DNA of 64,000 bases from Gemmatimonadaceae bacterium (GTDB lineage Bacteria > Gemmatimonadota > Gemmatimonadetes > Gemmatimonadales > Gemmatimonadaceae): contig JBHYGA010000001.1 in assembly GCA_051859245.1 (NCBI GenBank), forward strand, positions 1,501,722-1,565,721, written 5' to 3'. Below the pieces are notes generated by a model that worked only from the letters and a program-made list of their open reading frames with translations, was not told the origin of the DNA and ran no database searches. This document shows, one piece after another, positions 8,956 through 18,681 of this stretch. Within the stretch, counting starts at the first letter, position 1; each line of letters starts with the position of its first letter. A program made the translations under genes and the position numbers.

Positions 8956-11403
8956 ATGAACGCCCACGCGCTATCAATTCTCGAACTGTCCCGGATTCTT
9001 GTGCACGTAAGTCAGCGTGCGCATTCCAGTCCCGGTGTGGCCGCCGTACGCGCGCTCGCTCCAAGTAGCGACCAAGGCTGGCTCGAGAGCGAGCACCAGC
9101 GCGTGTCCGCCATGCGCACGCTCATCACCGGCGAACCGGCGTGGACGGCCGAGCAAATCCCTGATCTGGCCGCGCCGCTCACACGACTGCGCGTTGAAGG
9201 CGTGAGCTGGACCGCACCGGAGCTGTTGCAAGGCGCAACCTTCCTCCGCTCAACTCGGCGCACGCGCGAAGCATTGCGTGATGTGCGTCGCAATGCGGTG
9301 GCACGTGCGGTGCTCCAACCGTTTGGCGATCAGCTCATCGAAGCGCGCGCCATCGAAGACGCAATTGCTCGCGCGATCAACGACGACGGCTCGGTGCGAG
9401 ATGATGCGTCGCCGGCGCTGCGAAAGATCCGGCAGGAGCTGCGCCGCGCCGAGGGTGAGCTGGTGCGTTTGCTCGAGCGCGAGATGAGTAAACTCGAATC
9501 GCATCACCAGGTGAGCGATGCGTCGGTGACCATGCGCAATGGCCGCTGGGTGATGCCCGTACGCCGCGAAGCGCGCGTGGTGGTGGGTGGACTTGTGCAC
9601 GACACGTCGGGCACGGGTGCCACGATCTTTGTGGAGCCGCCGGCGGCCGTTGAGTTTGGCAATCGACTGCGCGAACTGGAAATCGATGAGCAGCGCGAGA
9701 TTGAACGCATCTTGCGTGAGATCACGGCGCTGCTGCATCCGCTCTATCAGCCGCTGCGTGATGCGTTCGCCGCCATGGTCGCGCTGGATTCGCTGCTGGC
9801 GCGCGCGCGTTACGCCGAAGATGTGCACGCCGGACAGGCGGAGTTTGGACCGGCCTCGAGCGGGTGTGAGTTTGTACACGCACGGCATCCGCTCTTGCTC
9901 GCCCAGGGAATCAATGTGGTCCCGTTCACGCTCGCGCTCGACGCGGGTGAACGCACGCTTCTGGTCTCCGGACCGAATACGGGCGGCAAGACCGTCCTGC
10001 TCAAAGCCATCGGTTTGCTGGCCGTGATGGCGCAGTGTGGCGTGCCGGTGCCAGTGGCCGGCGGAAGCCGGTTGCCCGTATTCGACGACGTATTCGCCGA
10101 CGTCGGAGACGAACAGAGTCTCGAAGCGAGTCTCTCCACCTTCAGCGCTCATCTCAAACATCAGGGCGAGATTCTGCGCCTCGCGACGCACAACTCACTC
10201 GTGCTCATGGACGAAGTGGGATCCGGTACGGATCCGGCGGAAGGCGCAGCGCTTGGCGGTGCAATCCTTGAAACGCTCACGCGACGTGGTGCCATGACCG
10301 TGGCGACCACACATCTCGGCGCGCTCAAGCTGCTCGCCACCGAAGTGCCAGGGGTGGTGAATGCGTCGTTGCAGTTCGACGCCGCACTGCTCGCGCCAAC
10401 GTATCGATTGATCAAGGGCGTTCCAGGACGGTCGTACGGCATTTCCATTGCCCGTCGTTTGCAACTGCCTGAACACGTGCTCACACTCGCTGAGTCTCGT
10501 TTGCCAACGGGTGAGCGTGATCTGGCGCTGCTGCTCGCCGATGTGGAAGCGCGTGAAGCCACACTCGCGGAGCGCGAGCTGGAGGCGGATCGTGAGGCCC
10601 GTCGTATCGCGTCGCGCATCGCAACGGTGAGTGACCGCGAAAAGAAGGCGCGAGAGAAGGAGAAGGAGCTCGAGCGGTCATCGCGTCAGGAAGCCCGCAA
10701 GTATTTGCTTGAGGCACGCGCTGAAGTGGAACGTGCAATCGGCGCGGTGAAAGCCGCGGCTGCAGACGCACAGATTAGCGCCGAGATGATTGACGCGAAG
10801 GCGCGCGAAGCACGACGTGCGGTTGAAGAAGCGGCGTCTGGACAGCAGCAGGCGGTAGCGGCCATGGACGCCCGGGCGGCGCAGTCGCGTTCGCAACGGA
10901 GAGCGGGACTGGCGCCTGCGAAACCTGCGTCAGGCGGCGGATCACATCAGACGGAGAAATCGCTGGCAGCCGGAGACGCCGTGCTCGTGGGCACGCTGGG
11001 CGACAAAGCGGGCACCGTCGTAGACGTACGCGGCACGAGCGTACGCGTGCTTGTTGGTTCGCTGACACTCGCAGTGCCGATCAACACGCTGACGCGCACT
11101 GCGGCCCCACCACCGCCAGCAGTGCGTGTGCCGGTCATGGGCGACGTACCGGAAGTTGATCCGGTGCGTGAAGTGGACCTGCGCGGCATGCGCGTGGATG
11201 AGCTGGAGATTGCGCTCATGCAGGCGCTCGATGCTGCGGTGCGCAATGATCTCCGCGAGCTGCGCATTATTCACGGCAAGGGCACGGGCGCATTGCGTGA
11301 GCGCGTGGGCGAGATGCTGCGCGGAGATTCGCGCGTGGCAACGCATCGGCTCGGCGGCTGGAATGAAGGCGGTGCTGGTGTCACCCTGGCTGAGCTGCGC
11401 TAA
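8956..11403 (+). CDS. mutS2: Endonuclease MutS2
   Basis: SGPNTGGKT P-loop, DVGDEQSLEASLSTFS, DEVGSGTDP, C-terminal Smr domain (DLRG..IIHGKGTG). Confidence 0.95.
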   Translation: MNAHALSILELSRILVHVSQRAHSSPGVAAVRALAPSSDQGWLESEHQRVSAMRTLITGEPAWTAEQIPDLAAPLTRLRVEGVSWTAPELLQGATFLRSTRRTREALRDVRRNAVARAVLQPFGDQLIEARAIEDAIARAINDDGSVRDDASPALRKIRQELRRAEGELVRLLEREMSKLESHHQVSDASVTMRNGRWVMPVRREARVVVGGLVHDTSGTGATIFVEPPAAVEFGNRLRELEIDEQREIERILREITALLHPLYQPLRDAFAAMVALDSLLARARYAEDVHAGQAEFGPASSGCEFVHARHPLLLAQGINVVPFTLALDAGERTLLVSGPNTGGKTVLLKAIGLLAVMAQCGVPVPVAGGSRLPVFDDVFADVGDEQSLEASLSTFSAHLKHQGEILRLATHNSLVLMDEVGSGTDPAEGAALGGAILETLTRRGAMTVATTHLGALKLLATEVPGVVNASLQFDAALLAPTYRLIKGVPGRSYGISIARRLQLPEHVLTLAESRLPTGERDLALLLADVEAREATLAERELEADREARRIASRIATVSDREKKAREKEKELERSSRQEARKYLLEARAEVERAIGAVKAAAADAQISAEMIDAKAREARRAVEEAASGQQQAVAAMDARAAQSRSQRRAGLAPAKPASGGGSHQTEKSLAAGDAVLVGTLGDKAGTVVDVRGTSVRVLVGSLTLAVPINTLTRTAAPPPPAVRVPVMGDVPEVDPVREVDLRGMRVDELEIALMQALDAAVRNDLRELRIIHGKGTGALRERVGEMLRGDSRVATHRLGGWNEGGAGVTLAELR

Positions 11404-11415
11404 CGTGCGCGCCAC

Positions 11416-13311
11416 ATGATTGGCGACGAAATTGTCGAGCGCGTTCGCGAAGCGGCGGATATCGCGCAGATCATTGGCGAGTATGTGAAGCTGAAGCGGG
11501 TCGGCACTGATTTTCGCGGACCGTGTCCGTTTCATCAGGGCAAGAATGCGAACTTCTCGGTGTCACCCAAGCGGGGGCAGTATCACTGCTTTGTGTGCAA
11601 CGAGAGCGGCGATGTGATCACCTTTCTGCGCAAGCGTCTCGGGCTCGACTTCACCGCGGCCGTGAAGTTGCTCGGCGAAAAGGTCGGCATTGAAGTCATC
11701 GACACGCCAACGCGCGCGCACGCGCCTGATCCGAATGAGCCGAATTGGTCCGTGTTGGCCAGTGCGGCTGCGTTTTTTACCGCGCAACTACGCGATGAAA
11801 CCGTAGGGGCCGAAGCGCGCGCCTATCTTGCCGGTCGTGGTCTCGATGACAACGCCATCGAAAAATTTGGAATCGGGTTCGCGCCGCGCGATGGCCAGCT
11901 GTTGCTGAAGCATTTGTTCACGCTGGGTTTTGATCATGAGCGGCTGAAAGATGCGGGCTTGCTCGTTGTTCGTGAAGACGAAGCAACGGCACGCCCGCGT
12001 TTTCGCGGTCGTCTCATGTTTCCAATTCTTGATGAACTGGGTCGTCATGTCGCCTTTGGCGGGCGTGCGCTTGGTGACGACACACCCAAGTATCTCAACT
12101 CCGCCGAAAGCGGCGTGTTTCAGAAGCGTCGCGTGCTGTATGGCATGCAGCTCGCCCGGCAGGCGGCGCGGCGCGCGCAACGGTTGCTTGTGGTGGAAGG
12201 TTATCTCGATGTGGTTCGTGTCTCACTCGGTGGCATCGAAGAAGTCGTTGCGCCGCTCGGCACCGCGCTCACGGAAGAACAAGCGGCATTGATCGTGCGC
12301 TATGCGCCGGAAGTCTTTCTGCTGTACGACAGCGACGAAGCGGGCCTCAAGGCCACGTTTCGTTCGGGGCTCGAGTTGTTGCGCCATGGCGCAGCGGTGC
12401 GCGTGGTGTCGCTCCCGCAAGGCGAAGACCCGGATACGTTTGTGCGTGCCAAGGGCGCGCCGGCGCTCGAGAGCGCACTGCGCGACGCGATGGACTTCTT
12501 TGATGTGCAAGTCGAGTTGCTTGCCCGCCGCGGCTGGTTCGCGGATCTGCATCATCGTCGCCGTGCCGTCGACAAGCTGTTGCCAACGATTCGTGCGACC
12601 AAAGATCCGATCACGCGCGACCTGTACATCGCGCGTCTCGCGGAAGCGTCGTCGCTCGACCGCACACTGATCCAGCGTGAGGCCGACGAACCCACGCTGC
12701 CTGTGTCCCGCAGTCGTGCACTGGCGGTGCGTGGCGACGCGGCTGCGTCGCCCGATCCACAACAGCCACCACCGCCCATGGATGACGCACCAAGCGTGCC
12801 CAAGCGCGAGTGGGTCGCCAAGGGGCAGTGGAAGGGACGAGGCCGTCCGCAGGGCCCTGAGTGGCTTTCGACGGCATCCCCCCCGCGCGCGCGCACCGAC
12901 GAAGATCCCATTGAGCGCGAGTTGGTTCGGGTGATGCTTCGTGAACGTGCCTGGGTGGAGCGCATTGCGGAGCGCTATGGTCCCGAGGGATTTCGCGATA
13001 CACGCCTCGCCACCCTCTTTCGGGCGCTGCTGGCACACCGTCCAGATGCTGAGCTGTCGGATGTGCTCAGCGGCGCCGATCAGGAGGTGATCGATCTCGC
13101 CGAATCGCTGCTGGCACAGGTTGAGGCACCGTCCGACATTGAGTTCGCCCTCCGAAAACTTGAACTTCGTGCACTCAGCCAGCAGATCTCGGAGATGCAG
13201 GAGTTGATCAAACAGGCGTCGCCAGAGGAGAGACCGGCACTGATGGCGCGACAGACGCGGCTGGCGCGTGACAAGCAGGCGTTGCTGCACCCGGGATCCC
13301 GCGGCTCGTAA
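11416..13311 (+). CDS. dnaG: DNA primase
   Basis: CPFH zinc finger, RFRGRLMFPI, PKYLNS, VEGYLD and YDSDEAG Toprim motifs. Confidence 0.97.
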   Translation: MIGDEIVERVREAADIAQIIGEYVKLKRVGTDFRGPCPFHQGKNANFSVSPKRGQYHCFVCNESGDVITFLRKRLGLDFTAAVKLLGEKVGIEVIDTPTRAHAPDPNEPNWSVLASAAAFFTAQLRDETVGAEARAYLAGRGLDDNAIEKFGIGFAPRDGQLLLKHLFTLGFDHERLKDAGLLVVREDEATARPRFRGRLMFPILDELGRHVAFGGRALGDDTPKYLNSAESGVFQKRRVLYGMQLARQAARRAQRLLVVEGYLDVVRVSLGGIEEVVAPLGTALTEEQAALIVRYAPEVFLLYDSDEAGLKATFRSGLELLRHGAAVRVVSLPQGEDPDTFVRAKGAPALESALRDAMDFFDVQVELLARRGWFADLHHRRRAVDKLLPTIRATKDPITRDLYIARLAEASSLDRTLIQREADEPTLPVSRSRALAVRGDAAASPDPQQPPPPMDDAPSVPKREWVAKGQWKGRGRPQGPEWLSTASPPRARTDEDPIERELVRVMLRERAWVERIAERYGPEGFRDTRLATLFRALLAHRPDAELSDVLSGADQEVIDLAESLLAQVEAPSDIEFALRKLELRALSQQISEMQELIKQASPEERPALMARQTRLARDKQALLHPGSRGS

Positions 13312-13399
13312 ACGGCCCGGATCTCGTCGGAGGGGCGCACTCTGCGCTATGTTCTACGTAGGAGTCATTGACAGTCCCCGTTCAGATTGGAGGGTAGGC

Positions 13400-14143
13400 G
13401 TGCAGCCGGAACTCGTAGCGTTGCTGGCAGTGCAGGAGGACGACGGCGCAATTCGCCTGATTGAGCGTGATCTGGCGGCGCTCGCACCGCGCATCGCGTC
13501 GCTCGACAAGGCGCGTCAGCGGGCGCACGACGAAGTTGAGCGCTCACGTGTTGCGATCGAGCGGGAAACGGAGCGCTATCGCACGCTCAGCCAGCGCATC
13601 ACGGATCACCGTGAGAAGCACGAGAAGAACCTCGCCACGCTTGATCAGGCACGAAAGCTGCGCGAGGCGACGGCAGCGATGGCGCAGGTGGAAATGGCGC
13701 GTCGCGTGTTGGCAGAAGAGGAAAGCGAACTCGCCGGCATGGCGCGCCGGCTCGGTGAAATGACCTCCGCGCAAGAAGCGCATCGTGCCGCCGCAGAGGC
13801 GCTTGACGCCGAACAGGCCACGGCTCGGGCCGAAATCGCGTCTGAACAGGAACGTCTGCACACGGCGCTCAAGGCTGCGGTCACCGTGCGCAACCAGAAA
13901 GCATCCGGCGTGAATCCCGGCCTGCTCTCGCGGTACGAGCGCATCGCAATTCGTCGCAAGAGCAACGCGCTGTTCGCGATTCGTGGCCTGACCTGTGGTG
14001 CCTGCGATACGGCGATTCCGCTGCAGCGTCGCAACGCGCTCATGGTGGCGGGCTTGATCGATGTCTGTGAAGCGTGCGGCGTGTTGCTCTTTGCCAGCGT
14101 GGAGCCGCCAGCGGCTGAGGCGTCGGCCGAAGCATCGGCCTGA
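13400..14143 (+). CDS. Coiled-coil protein with C4-type zinc ribbon (DUF164-like)
   Basis: GTG start after GGAGG; long coiled coil; C-terminal CGAC...CEACG. Confidence 0.85.
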   Translation: MQPELVALLAVQEDDGAIRLIERDLAALAPRIASLDKARQRAHDEVERSRVAIERETERYRTLSQRITDHREKHEKNLATLDQARKLREATAAMAQVEMARRVLAEEESELAGMARRLGEMTSAQEAHRAAAEALDAEQATARAEIASEQERLHTALKAAVTVRNQKASGVNPGLLSRYERIAIRRKSNALFAIRGLTCGACDTAIPLQRRNALMVAGLIDVCEACGVLLFASVEPPAAEASAEASA

Positions 14144-14152
14144 GGCGTTCGA

Positions 14153-15892
14153 GTGCCCGCCGTCAGATCGCGCCCAGCGCCGCGTTGGGTGCCAGGTGCG
14201 GTGCCCTCCTCGGATCTCGTGGCGCAGCTTCATGCCGAACTGCAGCTGCCGAGCGTGGTATGCGAGCTGTTGGTGCGGCGCGGTTACAGCGAATCAGAAG
14301 CGGCGCGGCGCTATCTGCGTCCGCGGCTTGAGCATCTGGCGTCGCCAAGCACGCTCAAGGATTGTAATCGCGTTGTGGACCGGTTGGTGTCCGCGATTCA
14401 GCGCCAGGAAGTCATCTTTGTGCACGGCGACTACGATGTGGACGGCATGTCATCCACGGCGTTGCTCACGCGTGTGCTACGCGGCCTCGGCGCGCAACGC
14501 GTTGTGCCGTGGGTGCCCAATCGCCTCACCGATGGATACGACCTGGGGCCAGCGGGAGTGGCCGCCGCGCGAGCTGCGGGGGCTACGGTCGTGGTCACCT
14601 GCGACTGCGGTACGTCTGCGGTGGAAGCGGTCGAAGAACTTTCGCGTGCTGGCATTGATGTCATCATTACCGACCATCACCTGCCGAGCCAGGCGCTGCC
14701 GCCTGCGTACGCGGTGGTAAACCCACGTCGACACGACTGCGAATCGCTTGATAAGGATCTCGCGGCGGTAGGCGTCGTGTACAAGATTGCGCTCGCGTTG
14801 TGCGACGCGATGGGCGTATCACCCGGGTTGGCGCACCAGCAGTTGGACCTCGTCGCGCTGGCTACGATTGCCGACGTCGCACCGTTGCGCGGCGAAAATC
14901 GTGTACTCGTGCGATACGGACTCAAGGTGCTGGCCGAAACAACGCATCCAGGATTGCGCGCACTCGTTCGCGCGGCTGCCATGGAAGGCAAAGCGCTCAC
15001 AGCTGGGCGCGTGGGATTTGTGCTCGCACCGCGACTCAATGCCGCCGGTCGTATTGGCGATGCGAAGCTTGGGTTGTCGTTGTTGCTCGCGGAACATGAG
15101 TCCGATGCAAACGTGATTGCACGACAGCTCGAAGAAATGAATCGTGATCGTCAGACGCTTGATCAGGCGGTGCTCAGTGACGCCATGCGACAGGTGGATG
15201 CCTACGATCTTGATGAGACCTTTGGGCTCGTGCTGGCCAACAAGGGCTGGCACGCCGGCGTGATCGGGATTGTTGCGTCGCGAATTGTGGAGCAGACCTG
15301 TCGACCGGCAGTACTCATCGCCGTGGATGACGGCGTTGGCAAAGGCTCAGGGCGTTCTATTCCGGCGTTCGATCTGCACGCCGCGCTCGGTGCGTGCTCG
15401 GCGCACTTCAGTCGCTACGGTGGACACCGTGCGGCGGCCGGATTGACCATGCCCGCGGAGCGGATTGATGCGTTCCGTGAACACTTTGCGGCCTACGCGA
15501 AAAAGGTACTGCAGGCCGATGACCTCGTGCCCGAGTTGCGCATTGATTTGCAGGTGCAGGCGGATCATGTAGGCGACGAGTTGGAGAAACTGCTGCGTCA
15601 CTTCGAACCCTTCGGTGTGGGTAACGCGGCGCCCACGTTCGCGCTCAACGCGGTGCGTCTCTCCGGCGCGCCGCGCAAGATTGGCAAGGATGGTCTGCGC
15701 CTTGGTTTCAGCTTGCCCAAGCGCACACTGGATGGAATCGCGTGGGGCATGCCCGTTGATCACGTCCGGCTTGATACGTCGATACCGGTAGACGTGGCAT
15801 TCCGCCTTGAGCGTGACGATTACCGTGGAGCGAATACGTTGCAGCTGCGTGTGCACGCACTGCGTCAGTCTGTTGATTCGCACGCCGAGTAA
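14153..15892 (+). CDS. recJ: Single-stranded DNA exonuclease RecJ
   Basis: GDYDVDG, TCDCG, ITDHH, PRLNAAGR and GGHRAAAG DHH/DHHA1 motifs. Confidence 0.97.
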   Translation: MPAVRSRPAPRWVPGAVPSSDLVAQLHAELQLPSVVCELLVRRGYSESEAARRYLRPRLEHLASPSTLKDCNRVVDRLVSAIQRQEVIFVHGDYDVDGMSSTALLTRVLRGLGAQRVVPWVPNRLTDGYDLGPAGVAAARAAGATVVVTCDCGTSAVEAVEELSRAGIDVIITDHHLPSQALPPAYAVVNPRRHDCESLDKDLAAVGVVYKIALALCDAMGVSPGLAHQQLDLVALATIADVAPLRGENRVLVRYGLKVLAETTHPGLRALVRAAAMEGKALTAGRVGFVLAPRLNAAGRIGDAKLGLSLLLAEHESDANVIARQLEEMNRDRQTLDQAVLSDAMRQVDAYDLDETFGLVLANKGWHAGVIGIVASRIVEQTCRPAVLIAVDDGVGKGSGRSIPAFDLHAALGACSAHFSRYGGHRAAAGLTMPAERIDAFREHFAAYAKKVLQADDLVPELRIDLQVQADHVGDELEKLLRHFEPFGVGNAAPTFALNAVRLSGAPRKIGKDGLRLGFSLPKRTLDGIAWGMPVDHVRLDTSIPVDVAFRLERDDYRGANTLQLRVHALRQSVDSHAE

Positions 15893-15898
15893 CGCACG

Positions 15899-16411
15899 AT
15901 GCGAATTGTCGCGGGCAGTTGGCGTGGACGGCGCATTGAAGCGCCCAAGGGCACGTTGGTTCGCCCCACTGCCGATCGCGTTCGCGAGGCATGGATGAGC
16001 ATCATGCACGGCGAGCTCGCTGACGCACTCGTGATTGATTTGTGCGCAGGCTCGGGCGCCCTTGGACTGGAAGCGCTGTCGCGTGGTGCCGCGCAGGCGG
16101 ATTTTGTCGAGCAGTCGGCCACGTCGATTCGCGTGCTGGAACGCAACATCGAGGCACTCGGCGCGGGCGACCGAAGCACGATCGTGCGAGCGGATGCGAT
16201 GAAGCATGTGGCGGGACTCGACGCTGGAGCGTACGATGTGGCGTTCGCCGATCCCCCGTACGCGGATCGCACCGCGACCCTGCTGGCCGAGCAGTGGCTC
16301 AAGGTACCGTTTGCGCACGTACTGGGAATTGAACACGCGGCTGCAGTGACTTTGCCCGGAGGCGGCGACACGCGCCGCTATGGGGATACCGCTTTGACCT
16401 TCTATCGATGA
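15899..16411 (+). CDS. rsmD: 16S rRNA m2G966 methyltransferase
   Basis: MRIVAG..RGR, RPT.DRVRE, DL.AGSGALGLEALSRG, DPPY. Confidence 0.95.
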   Translation: MRIVAGSWRGRRIEAPKGTLVRPTADRVREAWMSIMHGELADALVIDLCAGSGALGLEALSRGAAQADFVEQSATSIRVLERNIEALGAGDRSTIVRADAMKHVAGLDAGAYDVAFADPPYADRTATLLAEQWLKVPFAHVLGIEHAAAVTLPGGGDTRRYGDTALTFYR

Positions 16412-16923
16412 CGTCGCACGCTGGCTCGTCCAATCGACGTATTGCGCTCTACGCCGGATCCTTCGATCCGTTCACGCACGGTCACGCAGATATCATGCGC
16501 CGAGCCCTTGGCTTTGTGGATGAACTGGTGGTGGCCGTCGCGCTGAACGTCAACAAGAAGCCGCTTTTTACGGCGGAGGAACGCGTTGAGTTTATTCGCG
16601 CGTCCGCAGGCGACGAACCGCGCATCACTGTGCGCGCGTTCAACGGATTGCTCGTGGACCTCGCGCGCGAGATGAACGCCACGATGCTCGTGCGTGGTCT
16701 GCGGGCCGTGAGCGATTTTGAGTACGAGTATCAGATGGCGCTCATGAACCGACACCTGCACGCGGGACTCGAAACGGTGTTCATGGTGCCATCCAACGAA
16801 ACCACGTACATCAGTTCCAGCATGGTGCGTGAAGTGGCGCGATTTGGAGGCGACATTTCCGCACTCGTGCACCCGGTGGTGGTGTCGGCGTTGCAGCACA
16901 AATTTGCGTCGCGAGAGTCGTGA
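16408..16923 (+). CDS. coaD: Pantetheine-phosphate adenylyltransferase
   Basis: GSFDPFTHGH, RGLRAVSDFEYE, ISSSMVRE. Confidence 0.97.
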   Translation: MTSHAGSSNRRIALYAGSFDPFTHGHADIMRRALGFVDELVVAVALNVNKKPLFTAEERVEFIRASAGDEPRITVRAFNGLLVDLAREMNATMLVRGLRAVSDFEYEYQMALMNRHLHAGLETVFMVPSNETTYISSSMVREVARFGGDISALVHPVVVSALQHKFASRES

Positions 16924-17870
16924 ACGGTCTGGAGTTTCTGTCTCAGTTGGCAGCGCGCGCGGCCGCGTCGCCGCGTACGATTCTTTTTCCCGAAGCCAAC
17001 GACCCGCGCGTTCGTGAGGCGGTCACCAGGCTGAACGCGGCCGGCACCGTGCGGGCGGTGCTTGTGGAGAATGTGGCTGAGGATTCGCGCTTGGCCAACG
17101 TTGCCGATCACCTGTACAAGCGCCGTGCGTCACGCGGACTCACGTATGCCGAAGCGCTCGCACATGCGCACGATCCGCTGGTGTTCGCAGACGGCCTCGT
17201 CGCACTCGGCCAGGCAGACGGCTGCGTGGCCGGCGCGGTGTACACGACGGGTGATGTGATTCGTGCCGCGCTATGGATGATTGGAACGACTGAAGGTGTG
17301 CGCACCGTCTCCAGCTCGTTTTACATGGTGGTGCCCTCGTTTCGCGGACAGGGCGACGAAGTCCTCACGTTCACGGACTGTGCCGTGCTGCCTGAACCAA
17401 CGGCAGAACAGCTGGCAGATATCGCACTCGCTGCCGCCGCTGATCGCGTGCGCATCGTGGGCGACGTCCCCAGGGTCGCGTTTCTGTCCTTCAGCACCCG
17501 CGGTAGCGCTCATGCCGCGAGTGCTGAGCGGGCCCGGGCAGCCATCGAGCTGGTGCGCGCGCAGCGCGCAGATCTCGAAGTCGACGGCGAGCTACAGGCC
17601 GACGCGGCGCTGATCGAGAGCATCGGGGCCAGAAAAGCGCCGGGCTCGAGGGTAGCCGGACGGGCTAATGTTCTGGTCTTCCCGTCACTGGATTCGGGAA
17701 ACATCGGCTACAAGCTGGTGGAGCGATTAGCCGGGGCGAAGGCCGTCGGGCCGATCCTTCAGGGGCTGGCGCAACCGGCGAGCGACCTTTCGCGGGGCGC
17801 CTCAGCGGACGACATTGTACATGTGGCGGCGATTACTGCACTGCAGTCCGCCGGGGCTCGCGGCGCGTAA
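16920..17870 (+). CDS. pta: Phosphate acetyl/butyryltransferase
   Basis: ILFPE..D.R, FTDCAV, LSFSTRGS, DGELQADAA, GNIGYKL, GPILQGL..P.SDLSRG. Confidence 0.9.
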   Translation: MNGLEFLSQLAARAAASPRTILFPEANDPRVREAVTRLNAAGTVRAVLVENVAEDSRLANVADHLYKRRASRGLTYAEALAHAHDPLVFADGLVALGQADGCVAGAVYTTGDVIRAALWMIGTTEGVRTVSSSFYMVVPSFRGQGDEVLTFTDCAVLPEPTAEQLADIALAAAADRVRIVGDVPRVAFLSFSTRGSAHAASAERARAAIELVRAQRADLEVDGELQADAALIESIGARKAPGSRVAGRANVLVFPSLDSGNIGYKLVERLAGAKAVGPILQGLAQPASDLSRGASADDIVHVAAITALQSAGARGA

Positions 17871-17918
17871 GCGCGTCATGCGGGTGGCGGCCACTTCATC
17901 TTTGGTGTGGAGATTGAC

Positions 17919-18251
17919 ATGGGTTTTGCGATCGAGCGAGATGGAGATCTGCTTGCAGTGTCTGTTGACGGCCAGTTGGTCGTAGGAAATCGCCAGGAGT
18001 TCAAGCAGCTCGTGCTCGACGAAGTTGAAGAAGGCGCACGTCGGGTCCTGATCGATTTTTCAAACACGGGATATATCGACAGCTCAGGACTCGGAGCCCT
18101 CGTTTCGCTCGGTAAGCGGATTCGTGAGCGCGGCGGTGAACTGCGTCTGGCGGGATTGAATGAAGATCTGCGCACGCTCTTCGAACTCACGCGTCTCGAC
18201 ACGCTCTTCAAGTTGTACGATGCCCGCGACACCGCGCTCGTCGGTTTCTGA
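17919..18251 (+). CDS. STAS-domain anti-sigma factor antagonist (RsbV/SpoIIAA-like)
   Basis: YIDSSGLGALV motif containing the phosphoacceptor Ser. Confidence 0.92.
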   Translation: MGFAIERDGDLLAVSVDGQLVVGNRQEFKQLVLDEVEEGARRVLIDFSNTGYIDSSGLGALVSLGKRIRERGGELRLAGLNEDLRTLFELTRLDTLFKLYDARDTALVGF

Positions 18252-18252
18252 C

Positions 18253-18681
18253 ATGAGCGGCGGTGCGGGCGCATCGCGCATGGAGTGGTCGATTGCGTCC
18301 GACGTGCGGGAAATCGCGGCGGTCGTGGAAGCCGTGGCCGGTGCGTGCGTTGCAGCGGGGTTTGCTGACAAGGCGTGTCGCTTGAACGTGCCCGTTGCGC
18401 TGACGGAGGCCATGGCCAACGCCATCGTGCGAGGCAACGGGAGCGATGCAACACGTCGCGTGCGAGTGACGGCCTGCATTGCCAATGACACGCTACACGT
18501 TGAAGTCACCGACGAAGGCACTGGCTTCGATCTCGCGGCTGCCCGCGCGATGTGTGACGACCCCGAGTGGGTGGAGCGCGAAGACGGGCGCGGCGTATTT
18601 CTGATGCACGCGTTGATGGACAAAGTGGAAACATGGTGCGACGCCGGGCATACCGTGCGACTGGTGCTGCGTCGCACATGA
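18253..18681 (+). CDS. RsbW-like anti-sigma factor / Ser kinase
   Basis: EAMANAIVRGN, VTDEGTGFD and GRGVFLM HATPase boxes. Confidence 0.88.
   Translation: MSGGAGASRMEWSIASDVREIAAVVEAVAGACVAAGFADKACRLNVPVALTEAMANAIVRGNGSDATRRVRVTACIANDTLHVEVTDEGTGFDLAAARAMCDDPEWVEREDGRGVFLMHALMDKVETWCDAGHTVRLVLRRT

Noticed and set aside
13312..13399. Missing rpoD after dnaG as a sign of deletion
   Set aside because: No remnant is visible and dnaG-rpoD linkage is not universal.
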